NCBI RefSeq assembly: GCF_006345805.1
Contig: NC_043009.1
Span: forward strand, 1,054,001 to 1,118,000
Source of the DNA: Octopus sinensis
Lineage: Eukaryota
Length of the DNA stretch: 64,000 nt
Reading direction: 5' to 3'
Part shown: positions 1 to 11,892 of the stretch, piece by piece
Position numbering within the stretch: position 1 is the first letter of the stretch
Layout of the letters: each line of letters begins with the position of its first letter
Made by a program: the position numbers and the translations under genes
The notes under the pieces: generated by a model
Seen by the model: the letters and a program-made list of their open reading frames with translations, nothing else
Databases searched by the model: none
What the model was told of the DNA's origin: nothing

Positions 1-299
1 CTAAGAGTGGTTGGCGTTAGGAAGGGCATCCAGCTGTAGAAACTCTGCCAGATCAAGATTGAAGCCTGGTGCAGCCATCTGGTTCGCCAGCCCTCAATCA
101 TCGTCCAACCCATGCTAGCATGGAAAGCGGACGTTAAACGATGATGAGGATATATATATATATAATGAAATTATTGTGTATAGTGCTCAGGTGCACTACA
201 ACTCATGTACAGTACATAGAATTGTGTACAAAAGTGAATAGTGTACGGGTCATAATATGCATCTGTACTCAAGTTCCACAGAAGTAAAGTTGACCTAAC

Positions 300-1580
300 A
301 AACTTAAAGAATTAGAGAAAAATGCTGCATAGAGAGGGTGGTGATATAAAATTGTCACCACCCCAAGGAATTTTAGAAGGAATACAAGAGAAGACTATCA
401 TCTACAAGGTTTATTCTATAGAGGAAAAGAAGATAGAAGTAATGGCAATAGAAAAAGCCTTAAGACCAATCTGGCAAGATATGTAATATGTTGCCAGGGG
501 AAACAGATATGGCACAGTGGTAGTGTGTCTCAGAGTGGCAGTGAAGGCAAAGCTAATTTTGGTGACCCCATTGAGAACAGAAAGCGTGGTGCTTCTACCA
601 ATGTACCTTGCAAGGAGGGCTTCCAGATTGAGGATAGAAGGAAATCCACCAGAAATTGATGTGGCCTGGGTAGCGGCTGCTGTTCTCCTAGGCAATGAGG
701 ATGAAATAGCAGTCCTCCAGGTCATTAAGACAGAAGTAATGAACTGGAAGGGGCAGACATTGGGGTTGATTATCCCAGGATTGGTAGAGAGCTCAAAAAA
801 ATGGTGGTGACATGGTATGAAGAGTTAGGGTAGATGGCAGAATCCCTCGATGCTTCAGATGTAGCCTAAAGGGCCACATTAGAGTGGACTGCCCTTCACC
901 AAGAGAGAACACAAGAAGAGCTAGCAGAGAAAGATGTACCAACGGAAGAGGTAAAAGATGATGTATCATGGAAAGTTGTAGAGAATAGAAGAAAAAGGAA
1001 GAAAGCGAATCAAACAGGTAAAACCCACACCTTTTCAACCTCCCCTCTCTCCACTGACACCAGACTCACCCACTCCCTTCCGACACAAAAATAAAAAGGA
1101 AAAGCGCTGACACACAGGAACCCCCAAACTGCCCCTCCCCCCAGCCAAAGAAGAAAGTTGTTTTGCGTGTGTGTTGACCGAAGGTGCAAGTGAGGAACTG
1201 ATAGGGGAAGCAGTGAGTATGAAAGGCGCTGTGTCGGTTGATTTAGAGGGAGATGTGAACATTAGTGGGAGGCAAAAGGAAAGAGTGGAAAGATATAAAG
1301 GTGGGTTCACGGTGTGGAAGGTGAACATAAACATAAGCAATTTGCCGGGTGACATATTCTACACGGATCTCACAAAAAAGAGGAAAATAGACATTCTAAA
1401 ATAAGCGTTCAAAGTGGAAGGAAGTAAGTGAAGTTGCTTGGAGTGGGACGAATAACTTTGTTTTCTTTGTCATTCATGTTTTGTCATACGCTTTTTCTCA
1501 TTTTTTTGTAACGTTTTGTGTCCCCACATGTCTTTCTTTTGTCCCCTCTATGTTCGTCCTTAGTGGGCAATAAAAAATCA
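300..1580 (+). mobile_element. Decayed ORF1-only Tx1/L1-like retroelement (gag-like ORF1 with CCHC knuckle, no RT)
   Basis: Frameshifted ORF1 (includes ORF 517..810). Zinc knuckle CFRCSLKGHIRVDC at 851-891. The 3' tail TTGTCCCCTCTATGTTCGTCCTTAGTGGGCAATAAAAAAT ends near 1580. The protein is homologous to the ORF at 43118-43750. Confidence 0.7.
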
Positions 1581-1740
1581 GTCATGATATACATATGTGC
1601 ATGCGAGGATATCAGGTGTAGTATTGGCGAATTTCAGGAAGGATGCAATGCCTTGGCAACTAACAACTGATGCAGATAGTTCGTTCCGTATCCATATCAG
1701 CTATCTGAAAAAGAAGCACACTTTAAAGCATTAGATCAGT

Positions 1741-1741
1741 A

Positions 1742-1811
<70 letters not shown>
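1741..1811. repeat. (TA)n microsatellite
   Basis: Direct reading. Confidence 0.95.
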
Positions 1812-1813
<2 letters not shown>

Positions 1814-2165
1814 AGTAGTTGAATGAATTATCCTAGTATGGATAATTCGGTTAACCGATACCCGGGTAGCAAATTTACGTCAGAAATCACGGTTGAAGCT
1901 ACATGCCAAGGGCAGAAATCACGTGCTTTCGTGTGGAAATTTGTGTGTTTTTTGTTAAATGGTCGTTCGACTCCATTCTTTCATTTATATATATATATAT
2001 ATTCATTCATTCAGTTAAAAGTCATGACCATCCACCCTATAGCTGTGCACGTGTCTCTCTCCCTCCCTCTTTCTCTGAATAAATCAATTGCGAGTTACCT
2101 GCCCCTGTCCACTCGGTGCGTAATTTAAATCTTTTTCCGTCTCTCACCAGATTTCGGATCAGAAA

Positions 2166-2193
2166 ATGGAATCCGTTTTATGTTCTGGACACA
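2166..2193 (+). CDS. TTF2: TTF2 coding exon 1 (MESVLCSGH+1 nt)
   Basis: ATG at 2166 and GTAAGT donor at 2194. Phase 1 joins exon 2; resembles the human TTF2 start MEEVRCPEH. Confidence 0.85.
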
Positions 2194-2393
2194 GTAAGTT
2201 TCAAAAGTATTTTAAATATTTCTATAATAGACATTTTAATTAATTTTACAAATATTTTCAAAGAGCTATGTATCGTTTTTCAAGAGCGTTTTCCCATTTA
2301 TTTTCAATATTTGTTTTCCGATATGAACATGTGTGTAGTTAATTTCGTATATACACACACACACATATGTATATATATATGTATATATATATG

Positions 2394-2425
<32 letters not shown>

Positions 2426-2959
2426 AGGAATGGTAATGAAATATTTCGCGTTATCGGAGATTAGTAGACCAAACTCACGCTGGTATTCCTTAAATATTAG
2501 CATATATACTGACTGACCTGTCAATGTTTTATGTCTGTCTTATTGCGATAAATATGACAGCAAATAAACCGAGAGATATAAAATATTTAATGCAACGAAA
2601 TAGTCAAGGTGTACAGTTACTATTCTATTTATCAATTTGCTTTTCCTTAAGTTTTTCTTTTATTTAATTCCAAATTACGTTCATTAAAGAGAAACTTTAG
2701 AGATCAAATGTCATCTTTGTCGTTAAAGTAGCAGTGAAGGATCGATCGGGATTGACTGCTTTGTCTATCACTTCTTCATAACATTGCTGGCCATGTACCT
2801 AAATTAAAAACCGTTTAAGAATAACTTTCCTCTGCTGACGTCTGTCTCCATATATTTTAATTTGCTTATCCAAGTAAACAGTGCAAGATCGTGTGCGTTT
2901 TTATGTAACCGTTTATCTGTCTTGAAAAATAAATTAAAGTTTGCTTCCAATAAAAATGA

Positions 2960-4900
2960 TGATGATTTCTCTCATTTGCCATCGGGGTGTCAGATGATGG
3001 GTAGGTTACAAGAACAGTTCACAATTTGTGTGGGAGTTAACATAAAAGGTGAAGGAAAGAAAGGGAGGAGAAGGTGAAATGAGATAAAGTTATCCTTAGT
3101 ATAGAAAACATGTGAACACAACTATGATGCAGACCTCCTGAAGGAGAACCTTCAGTTAGGGCCTATCAAAGAATTCTACAGATGCAGGATCACCATGACC
3201 ACCTCGGATACAATCCTTCACCCAACTGTTGTTCTCCAATCTGTATGCACATGCTTAGAGTAGGTTTCACCCTAGCCATTTTTGCTACTATCCTTTACCC
3301 TTTGACAAATTCTCTGGGAAATAGAACACTTATCTTTTCATCCTCACTTTCTTTTCCAAGTAGAACTTAACAAAGTTGATGAGCGCTTGACTGAAGAGGA
3401 ATGTATATTTCTTTGATCTTTTTAGCCCTGTCCACCACACAACCTCTCTTTCACTATTGCCTCTAGACAGAAGAACAATGCCAGCCCTGTCTTGGTAAAG
3501 ATTGGTGGTTGGGCAAGCCTTATGATGGACTTGACGAGTAGCTGGATTCATCCTAGATACCACAACAGCTGTTTGACATAACAGCAATGCTTGGACACTG
3601 CAGTGCAGTTATTTTGCTCTGTAAATATCTTGGGCTGTCCCATTTGTGTTTATCTCAAGCTGGCAAATGCCCCTTAGTTGTTCTGCCAGGCTAAGGATTC
3701 CTGGAAGTTATCCGTAATAGTTTCTGGTTAAGAAGTCCTGAAACAGACCGGCGAGTTCATCCTTGTAAACTCCCAGGATTTCCCTGAGAACATCACTCTG
3801 ACCCACCACTAGATCACTATATATTGCTAACATAGAACTTCCACTGACCACATTTCCTGACTGGTAGAGAGTGGTGAGTGCCTGATGACATTCCAGGTAC
3901 CAGACACCCAATTATGCTCTTTTCTTGTCTCAGAACTACAACTTCATCAAAGATTTGAGCTACAGAAGGACATGTCTTACAAATGGGTACTACACCTGTT
4001 CAATGTCCTGGAAAATCTTCAAGTAGTGTAGCCTTAGCATGTATTTGCTCATCAGCAGCCACAGCATGCCAAGCCTGCCTTTCAGAGAGCACTGGTACCA
4101 GATAGACAACTGCCTGACCAGTTGAATGCATCCTTTCCACAGGAAGTGCCTTACAAATCTTGTATGGCATGGACTTGCCTCTCCATATGCCAAGCTGACT
4201 CTTGATTAATTTTTGCTCTAGTCAGCATTTTTAGCTCCATAGAGCAATGCTGATTACCTCAAAGTGCCTTCTGTCCAACACTGCATTGGTGACATCATCT
4301 GCATTGATTCTTCCACATCCTAGTTCATCCTTCAATCTTATTAAAGGCTTTTGATTGATCAAAATCTATCATGTTTCCACCCATGTCAGATTCCTTACTC
4401 ATTCTCTCTATAATACATCACATTGAGAAGAGGTTATTGTGGATACATCTGTTTGGGATGGCACATATTTGTGTATCTCCAGTCAGACAATCGGTGATGA
4501 GTGCCAGCCTCTTTGCTAACACCTTGGCCAAAATTTTGAAATCTGCATTTAGCAGAATCATGAGTTGAAAATTATTGTAAATCTCTTTGTTTGGGTCCCT
4601 TTTCAGTAGTGCCACCACTTCTCAATTCACAGAACTGGAGATTGTTCCATTCTGCTGCTAACTGCTAAGAGTCTCCAAAGAAAACAGTTTGCCCACTAAT
4701 GCATCCAACCATTGCTTCCTGTATTTCCATGGCTGTTATCAGCTTTTTGCAACACTCTACCATTCTTGCTGAAAGTTGTGACTGGCCATCAAGGCAGACA
4801 CCTACATCTATTCTGCAATCTGGCTTGCTACACACCCCAAACAGTCGAATAAAATGCTTCTAAAAGCTGTGTGTATCTGGTTGGGTTCAAGGAACACATA
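2960..4900 (-). mobile_element. Decayed Tx1/L1-clade LINE ORF2 (RT and C-terminal region) with 3' end
   Basis: Minus-strand fragments LLNADFKILAKVLAKRL...Q.CAIPNRCIHNN and FVRHFLWKG...C...GRLGM are typical of L1/Tx1 RT. Many stops. Confidence 0.75.
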
Positions 4901-5294
4901 GCCATTATCATCTCTCAAAAACTAAATTGTTGCTTTGTTTCCATGTTGTGCTTCTTCCACTCAAGCACATTGTGTCACACTTGGAAGAAAGAAAGAAGTA
5001 AACAAGCTTAGAAAAGTGGGGGGGGGGGAGAGGAAGGAAAACAAAAATTAAGATTCCTCTCAGAATTTCAAGGAAGAAGGACTGGTTACTTTCAAACCTT
5101 AACACATAAGATTTGGAGTAAAGGGTAGAATCGCTACCATGAAAAAATGAGACGTAGCTGTGTGCATAAGAAGATCAATTTGCAATCATGTGATTTTGGG
5201 TTCAATCCCGTTCGGCAGCAGCTTTAGCAAGCATTTTCTACTCTAGCACCAGGTTAACCAATAGAGGGAATCTGTGCAGAAGCCCATTGTATAT

Positions 5295-5325
<31 letters not shown>

Positions 5326-5326
5326 A

Positions 5327-5665
5327 GGCGCATGGCTCAGTGGTTAGAGCGTCGAGCTTACGATCGTGAGGTTGTGAGCTCGAATCCCGGACCGGGCTGC
5401 GTGTTGTGTTCTTGAGCAAGGCACTTTATTTCACGTTGCTCCAGTTCACTCAGCTGTAGAAATGAGTTGCGGCGTCACTGGTGCCAAGCTGTATCGACCT
5501 TTGTCTTTCCCTTGGATAACACTGGTGGCGTGGAGAGGGGAGGCTGGTATGCATGGGCGACTACTGGTCTTCCATAAACAACCTTGCCCGGACTTGTGTC
5601 TAGGAGGGTAACTTTCTAGGTGCAATCCCATGGTCATTCATGACCGAAGGGGGTCTTTACCCTTT
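5327..5665 (+). mobile_element. Full-length tRNA-derived SINE
   Basis: A box TGGCTCAGTGG, B box-like GCTCGAATCC, core CTTGAGCAAGGCACT, followed by a TA tail. Confidence 0.8.
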
Positions 5666-5682
5666 ATATATATATATATATA

Positions 5683-6927
5683 CAGGGGTTGGACAAAATA
5701 ATGGAAACGCCTAGCATCATAGTATCGTAATTTTGAAATATCTATAAAACCATCAAAAGCTTGTTTATTTTTATGCTTTTTGATTTATTATTAGTGTTGC
5801 TTAAGATGTTTTGCTAAAATTGCTGTTTCTTTTCAGATATCATGAGAAAAAAGTATTTAAAATTCATTAAAATGATAGATCTATCGGACTTTCAAAGGGG
5901 TCAAATTGTTGGTGCTTGAATGGCAGGCACTAGCGTAACGCAAAACAGCTGAAATGTTTGGTGTATCAAGAGGTATTGTCTCGAAAGTAATGATAACCTT
6001 TGAGAAAGAGGTCAAAAAATCTTCTCATTGAAACAAAACTCTGGAAGAAAACCAAACTTTCAGATAGGGACCATTGGACTCTTACGCAAATTGTTAGAAA
6101 GGATCACAAAAGTGCAGCTTCCAAAATTACTGCAGAGCTTAATGACCACCTCAAGAAGCCAGTTTCCACAAAAACTGTTTGCCAGGAGCTGCACAAAGCT
6201 GGATTTCATGAAAGGTCTGCAATCAGAAAATCACTACTTTCAAAAACAAATGTTGCAAAGTGTTTCGAGTGGAGTAAAAACCTACAGATTTGGTCCCTAG
6301 AGCAGTGGAAGAATGTTATTTTCTCAGATGAGTCGCGTGTGGAGGCAGCAAAAAGAAGCATTTGACCCAGACTGCCTTCTTCCAACTGTTAAACGTGGAG
6401 GAGGATCTGTGATGATCTGGGGGAGGGGGGCTATATCTTGGAAATCCACTGGCCTAATGGTTTCCCTTCATGGCAGAATTAATAATCAAGACTATTTAAG
6501 CATTTTATTTGATCAAATTCATCCTATGGTTGCGGAATTGTTTCCAGAGGGAAACGCAATCTTTCAGGATGATAATGCACCAATTCACACAGATAAATGT
6601 GTTATTGAATGGCTCGAGGAACATTCTAGTGAAGTTGAACATCTTATCTGGCCACCACAGTCCCCAGATCTCAATATTATTGAATATTTATGGTGCATTT
6701 TAGAAAAGCAAGTAAGGAGTTGATATCCTCCACCATCACCACTACCAGAACTGGAGACTGTTTTAGCTGAAGAATGGACAAAAATTCCTCTGGAAACAAT
6801 TAAAACTTTGTATGAGTCTATACCTCATAGAAATTGAGCTGTAATTACTGCCAAAGACGGTCTTACCCCATATTAAAATAAATTGCTTAAAATTTTAAGG
6901 TGTTCCCATTATTTTGTCCAACCCCTG
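5683..6927 (+). mobile_element. Full-length Tc1-family DNA transposon with inactivated DD34E transposase
   Basis: ~30-bp TIRs CAGGGGTTGGACAAAATAATGG(A/G)AAC and a TA TSD inside a (TA)n tract. Motifs VIFSDES, FQDDNAPIH and WPPQSPDLNIIE are split by frameshifts and stops. Confidence 0.95.
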
Positions 6928-6935
6928 TATATATA

Positions 6936-6967
<32 letters not shown>

Positions 6968-7081
6968 TTATAACATATTAGGGAATAACAAGTATTCCAG
7001 GTTGTCAGGAAGTTAATTAATTTACATGAGGGTATCCTGAAATTGTAGTTGCTTATCTATTGGTAAATATCCCAAATTTGT

Positions 7082-7144
<63 letters not shown>

Positions 7145-7149
7145 TACAT

Positions 7150-10100
7150 ACATACATCATCATCATCATCATTTAACGTCCGCTTTCCATGCTAGCATGG
7201 GTTGGACGGTTCAACTGGGGTCTGGGGAGCCCGAAAGCTGCACCAGTCCAGTCAGATCTGGCAGTGTTTCTACAGCTGGATGCCCTTCCTAACGCCAACC
7301 ACTCCGAGAGTGTAGTGGGTGATTTTATGTGCCACCGACACAGGTGCCAGACGAGGCTGGCAGACGGCCACGCTCGGATGGTGTTTTTTTATGTGCCACC
7401 AACACAGGTGCCAGACGAGGCTGGCAGACGGCCACGCTCGGATGGTGTTTTTATGTGCCACCGACACAGGTGCCAGACGAGGCTGGCAGACGGCCACGCT
7501 CGGATGGTGTTTTTTTATGTGCCACCGACACAGGTGCCAGATGAGGCTGGCAAACGGCCACGATCGGATGGTGCTTGTTACGTGCCCACAGCACGGAGGC
7601 CAGTCGATGCGGTACTGGCTACGGCCACGTTCGGATGGTTTTCTTATGTGCCACGTGCCACCGGCACTGGTATCACAAAGATACAAATTCCATTGATGTT
7701 CATCTATTTTGATTTGTTTTGATTTGATTTTCACTTGCCTCAACAGGTCTTCACAAGTGTCACAAGAAGGAAGGTATGCACAGGTGGACTGACTACGTCC
7801 CAGGTAGGGGCCATGGGTTATGGCCTGACTAGTCTTGCCGGGTCTTCGGATGGTGTTTTTATGTGCCACCGACACAGGTGCTAGATGAGGCTGGCGAACG
7901 GCCACGATCGGATGGTGTTTGTCATGTGCCCACCGCACTGACTACGGCACTGATGGATTTCTTGTGTGCCACAGGCACTGGTACCACAAGATACAAATTC
8001 CATTGATGTTCATCTATTTTGTCTATTTTGATTTGATTTGATTTTCACTTGCCTCAACCGGTCTTCACAAGTGTCACAAGAAGGAAGATATGCACAGGTG
8101 GACTGACTAGTCTTGCCGGGTCTTCGGAAGGTGTTTTTATGTGCCACCGACACAGGTGCCAGATGAGGCTGGCGAACGGCCATGATCGGATGGTGTTTGT
8201 TACGTGCCCACAGCACGGAGGCCGGTCGATGCGGAACTGGCTACGGCCACGTTCGGATGGTTCTCTTGTGTGCCACCGCCACTGGTACCACAAAGTGTGT
8301 GCCACCGGCACTGGTACCACAAAGATACAGATTCCATTGATGTTCATCTATTTTGATTTGTTTTGATTTGATTTTCACTTGCCTCAACAGGTCTTCACAA
8401 GTGTCACAAGAAGGAAGGTATGCACAGGTGGACTGACTACGTCCCAGGTAGGGGCCATGGGTTATGGCCTGACTAGTCTTGCCGGGTCTTCGGATGGTGT
8501 TTTTATGTGCCACCGACACAGGTGCTAGATGAGGCTGGCGAACGGCCACGATCGGATGGTGTTTGTCATGTGCCCACAGCACGGAGGCCAGTCGATGCGG
8601 TACTGGCTACGGCCACTTTCGGATGGTTTTCTCTTGTGTGCCACCGGCACTGGTACCACAAAGATACAAATTCCATTGATGTTCATCTATTTTGATTTGT
8701 TTTGATTTGATTTGATTTGATTTTCACTTGCCTCAACAGGCCTTCACAAGTATCACAAGGAGGAAGGTATGCACAGGTGGACTGACTACGTCCCAGGTAG
8801 GGGCCATGGTTTATGGCCTGACTAGTCTTGCCGGGTCTTTGGAAGGTGTTTTTATGTGCCACCGACACAGGTGCTAGATGAGGCTGGCGAACGGCCACGA
8901 CCGGATGGTGTTTGTTATGTGCCCACAGCACGATGGCCAGTGATGCGGTACTGACTACGGCCATGTTCGGATGGATTCTTGTGTGCCACCGGCACTGGTA
9001 CCACAAGCGGTACTGACTACTTTTTATGTGCCACCGACACAGGTGCTAGATGAGGCTGGCGAACGGCCACGACTGGATGGTGTTTGTTATGTGCCCACAG
9101 CACGATGGCGAGTGATGCGGTACTGACTACGGCCACGTTCGGATGGATTCTTGTGTGCCACCGGCACTGGTACCACAAGCGGTACTGACTACGGCCACGT
9201 TCGGATGGATTCTTGTGTGCCACCGGCACTGGTACCACAAGGATACAAATTCCATTGATGTTCATCTATTTTGATTTGTTTTGATTTGATTTGATTTTCA
9301 CTTGCCTCAGCAGGTCTTCACAAGTGTCACAAGAAGGAAGGTATGTACAGGTGGACTGACTACGTCCCAGGTAGGGCCCACGGGTTATGACCTGACTAGT
9401 CTTGCTGGGTCTTCGGATGGTGTTTTTATGTGCCACCATGTTCCCACAGCACGGAGGCCAGTCGATGCGGTACTGGCTACGGCCACGTTCGGATGGTTTT
9501 CTTGTGTGCCACAGGCACTGGTACCACAAAGATACAAATTCCATTGATGTTCATCTATTTTGATTGATTTTCACTTGCCTCAGCAGGTCTTCACAAGTGT
9601 CACAAGAAGGAAGGTATGCACAGGTGGATCGACTACGTCCCAGGTAGGGGCCACGGGATATGGCCTGGCTAGTCCTGCCGGGTCCTCTCATGCACAGCAC
9701 ACTTCCATAGGACTCGGTCTTCAGTCATTTCCTTGGTGAGACCTAAGGTTCGAAGGTCGTGCTTCACCACCTCGTCCCAGGTTTTCCTGGGTCTACCTCT
9801 TCCACAGGTTCCCTCAACTGCTAGGGTGTAGCACTTTTGCACACAACTATCTTCAGCCATTCTCGTCACATGACCATACCAGCGCAGCCGTCTCTCTTGC
9901 ACACCACAACTGACACTTCTTAGGTTCAACTTTTCTCTCAAAGTACTTACACTCTGACGATTATGAACACTGACATTACACATCCATCGGAGCATACTGG
10001 CTTCATTTCTTGCAAGCTTACGCATATCCTCAGCTGTCACGGCCCATGTTTCACTACCATGTAGCATGGCTGTACGTACACACGCATCATATAGTCTGCC

Positions 10101-10400
10101 TTTTACTCTTAGCGAGAGGCCTTTTGTCACCAGCAGGGGTAAGAGCTCTCTAAACTTTGCCCAGGCTATTCTTACTCTAGCAGTTACACTTTCAGCACAC
10201 CCACCCCCGCTACTGACTTGGTCTCCTAGGTAGCGGAAGCTATCAACTACTTCTAGTTTGTCTCCCTGGAACGTGGTAGAAGTTGGTCTCTGCACATTTC
10301 CAGTGTTTATTTCTCCTGAGCATCTGCCACAGACAAAAACTATTTTCTTAGTTAGCCTTCCTTTGACATTGCTGCACCTCTTATGTGTCCATAGCTTACA
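7150..10400 (-). mobile_element. 5'-truncated RTE-clade LINE with tandemly expanded 3' UTR
   Basis: ORF 9669..10295 (FRYLGD...RIAWAKFRELLPLL...LRWYGHV...GRGRPRKTW) is an RTE ORF2 C-terminus. It runs directly into ~2.5 kb of repeated 3' UTR ending in a (GAT)n tail near 7150-7170. Confidence 0.9.
7320..9668 (-). repeat. Hierarchical tandem array 1: ~62-bp subunits and ~270-570-bp RTE 3' UTR units with (GATTT)n
   Basis: The landmark CACTTGCCTCA recurs at 7732, 8046, 8376, 8725, 9299 and 9572. Confidence 0.9.
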
Positions 10401-11501
10401 CTTGGTGCACCTTATAGAGTTTCTACCTACACATATATATATATATTACATATACATACATATATATATATATTACATATACATACATATATATATATAT
10501 ATATTACATATGTCTAAAACTTGTGGACATGCTTAAAAAATACAAAAAACATCATAGCATGCTTGACTTTCGGAAATATTTGTTTATGCTGAGAATTGCT
10601 GAACCATGGAATAAACTACCTTGATCAGTTGTTAGCAGCTGAGATACTACATCCTTCAAAATTTCCATGCTTCTTGAAATTTACCAACACTTCACCTGAT
10701 GTCCCCCGCTGTTTCTTTTCTTTTCCTTTTTTCTTAAGACTTTTTCACCGTTCACTTCCTATGCATATTGTATATGCTGTTCATGCATATATATGTGTAT
10801 GTGTGTTTATATATATATATATGTGTGTGTATATATATGTATATATGTCGCTTTACTAGCATGTGAAAAGACATTCGAGCAAGGTCATTGCCAGTGCTGC
10901 TGGACTGGCTCCCATGCAGGTGGCACATAAAAAACACCATTTCACCATAGCCGTTGCCAGTACCACCAGACTGGCCCTCGTGCCGGTGGCACGTAAAAGC
11001 ATCTATTACACTCTCGGAGTGGTTGGCATTAGGAAGGGCATCCAGCTGTAGAAACTCTGCCAGATCAGATTGGAGCCTGGTGCAGCCATTTAGTTCGTCA
11101 GTCCTCAGTCAAATCGCCCAACCCATGCTAGCATGGAAAGTAGACGTTAAATGATGACAATGATGGTAATGATGATGATGATGATATATATATATATATA
11201 TATATAAGACAAGGCATACATAATGGTCATTACATATTTTTCTTTATTGTAGTAAATTTGACTTTCCCTTGTTTTGCATATTACTCTGTGCAAAACCCAG
11301 TGTGACTGGAGCACAATGATGGATTTACAATATAGAATGGTGATGAACCTTGGGCCCTGCCACAAGAATATGTGGAGTTCTTTACTAACCTAACCAATAT
11401 TGATAGTCTGGTGTACTAACAGAAAGCTTATAAAGTATTGATAACCCATCACGAATCTCTCTCCCTCTCTCTTTTCAATTATTTCCTTTTAATATTTGCA
11501 G

Positions 11502-11610
11502 AAAAAGAATGTTACCTGAAAACAGGAGGAAAACCTGGCCCTAATTTCAAAAGGAGTTTTTATGTGTGTAGCGTACGCGAGTCTCGTTGTGACTTTGTTC
11601 AACCTGTCAG
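11502..11610 (+). CDS. TTF2: TTF2 coding exon 2 (KECYLKTGGKPGPNFKRSFYVCSVRESRCDFVQPV)
   Basis: TTGCAG acceptor, GTAAGT donor, zf-GRF-like Cys pattern, phase 1-2. Confidence 0.92.
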
Positions 11611-11855
11611 GTAAGTCATCGGAGTTACTTAAAAATCTTATATTTCATTATCTTTTTTGCTTGTCAGTCTTTGTGGTATTAAGGTACTGGTTTAGTTTAG
11701 TCTCAGTCATAATTCCAATTCCTTTATAGTAAAATGGAATCCTTCTCAATGTTGCTGTGATTTTTTTTCTGTCTCTGTGTCTTTATCTGTCAGTCTGTCT
11801 CACTACTGTATTATAAGATCTATTTATTTGTTGTGTCAACCTAATAGCTTATATG

Positions 11856-11892
<37 letters not shown>

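Noticed and set aside
2690-2800. Minus-strand mini-exon (VHGQQCYEEVIDKAVNPDRSFTATLTTKMTFDL*) behind a TTTTAATTTAG acceptor
   Set aside because: No partner exons and no recognisable homology; compatible with chance.
6980-7070. Possible further minimal hammerhead (ATGAGGGTATCCTGAAATTGTA)
   Set aside because: The core is too degenerate (no CTGA) to support a call.
7189-9547. Many overlapping 100-220-aa ORFs in the arrays
   Set aside because: They are by-products of stop-poor tandem repeats in several frames on both strands, with no domain signature.
7150-9668. CRISPR-like appearance of the repeat arrays (also 20655-21410 and 23385-24922)
   Set aside because: Eukaryotic context, no unique spacers and no cas genes. 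The units are whole tandem copies of an RTE 3' UTR.
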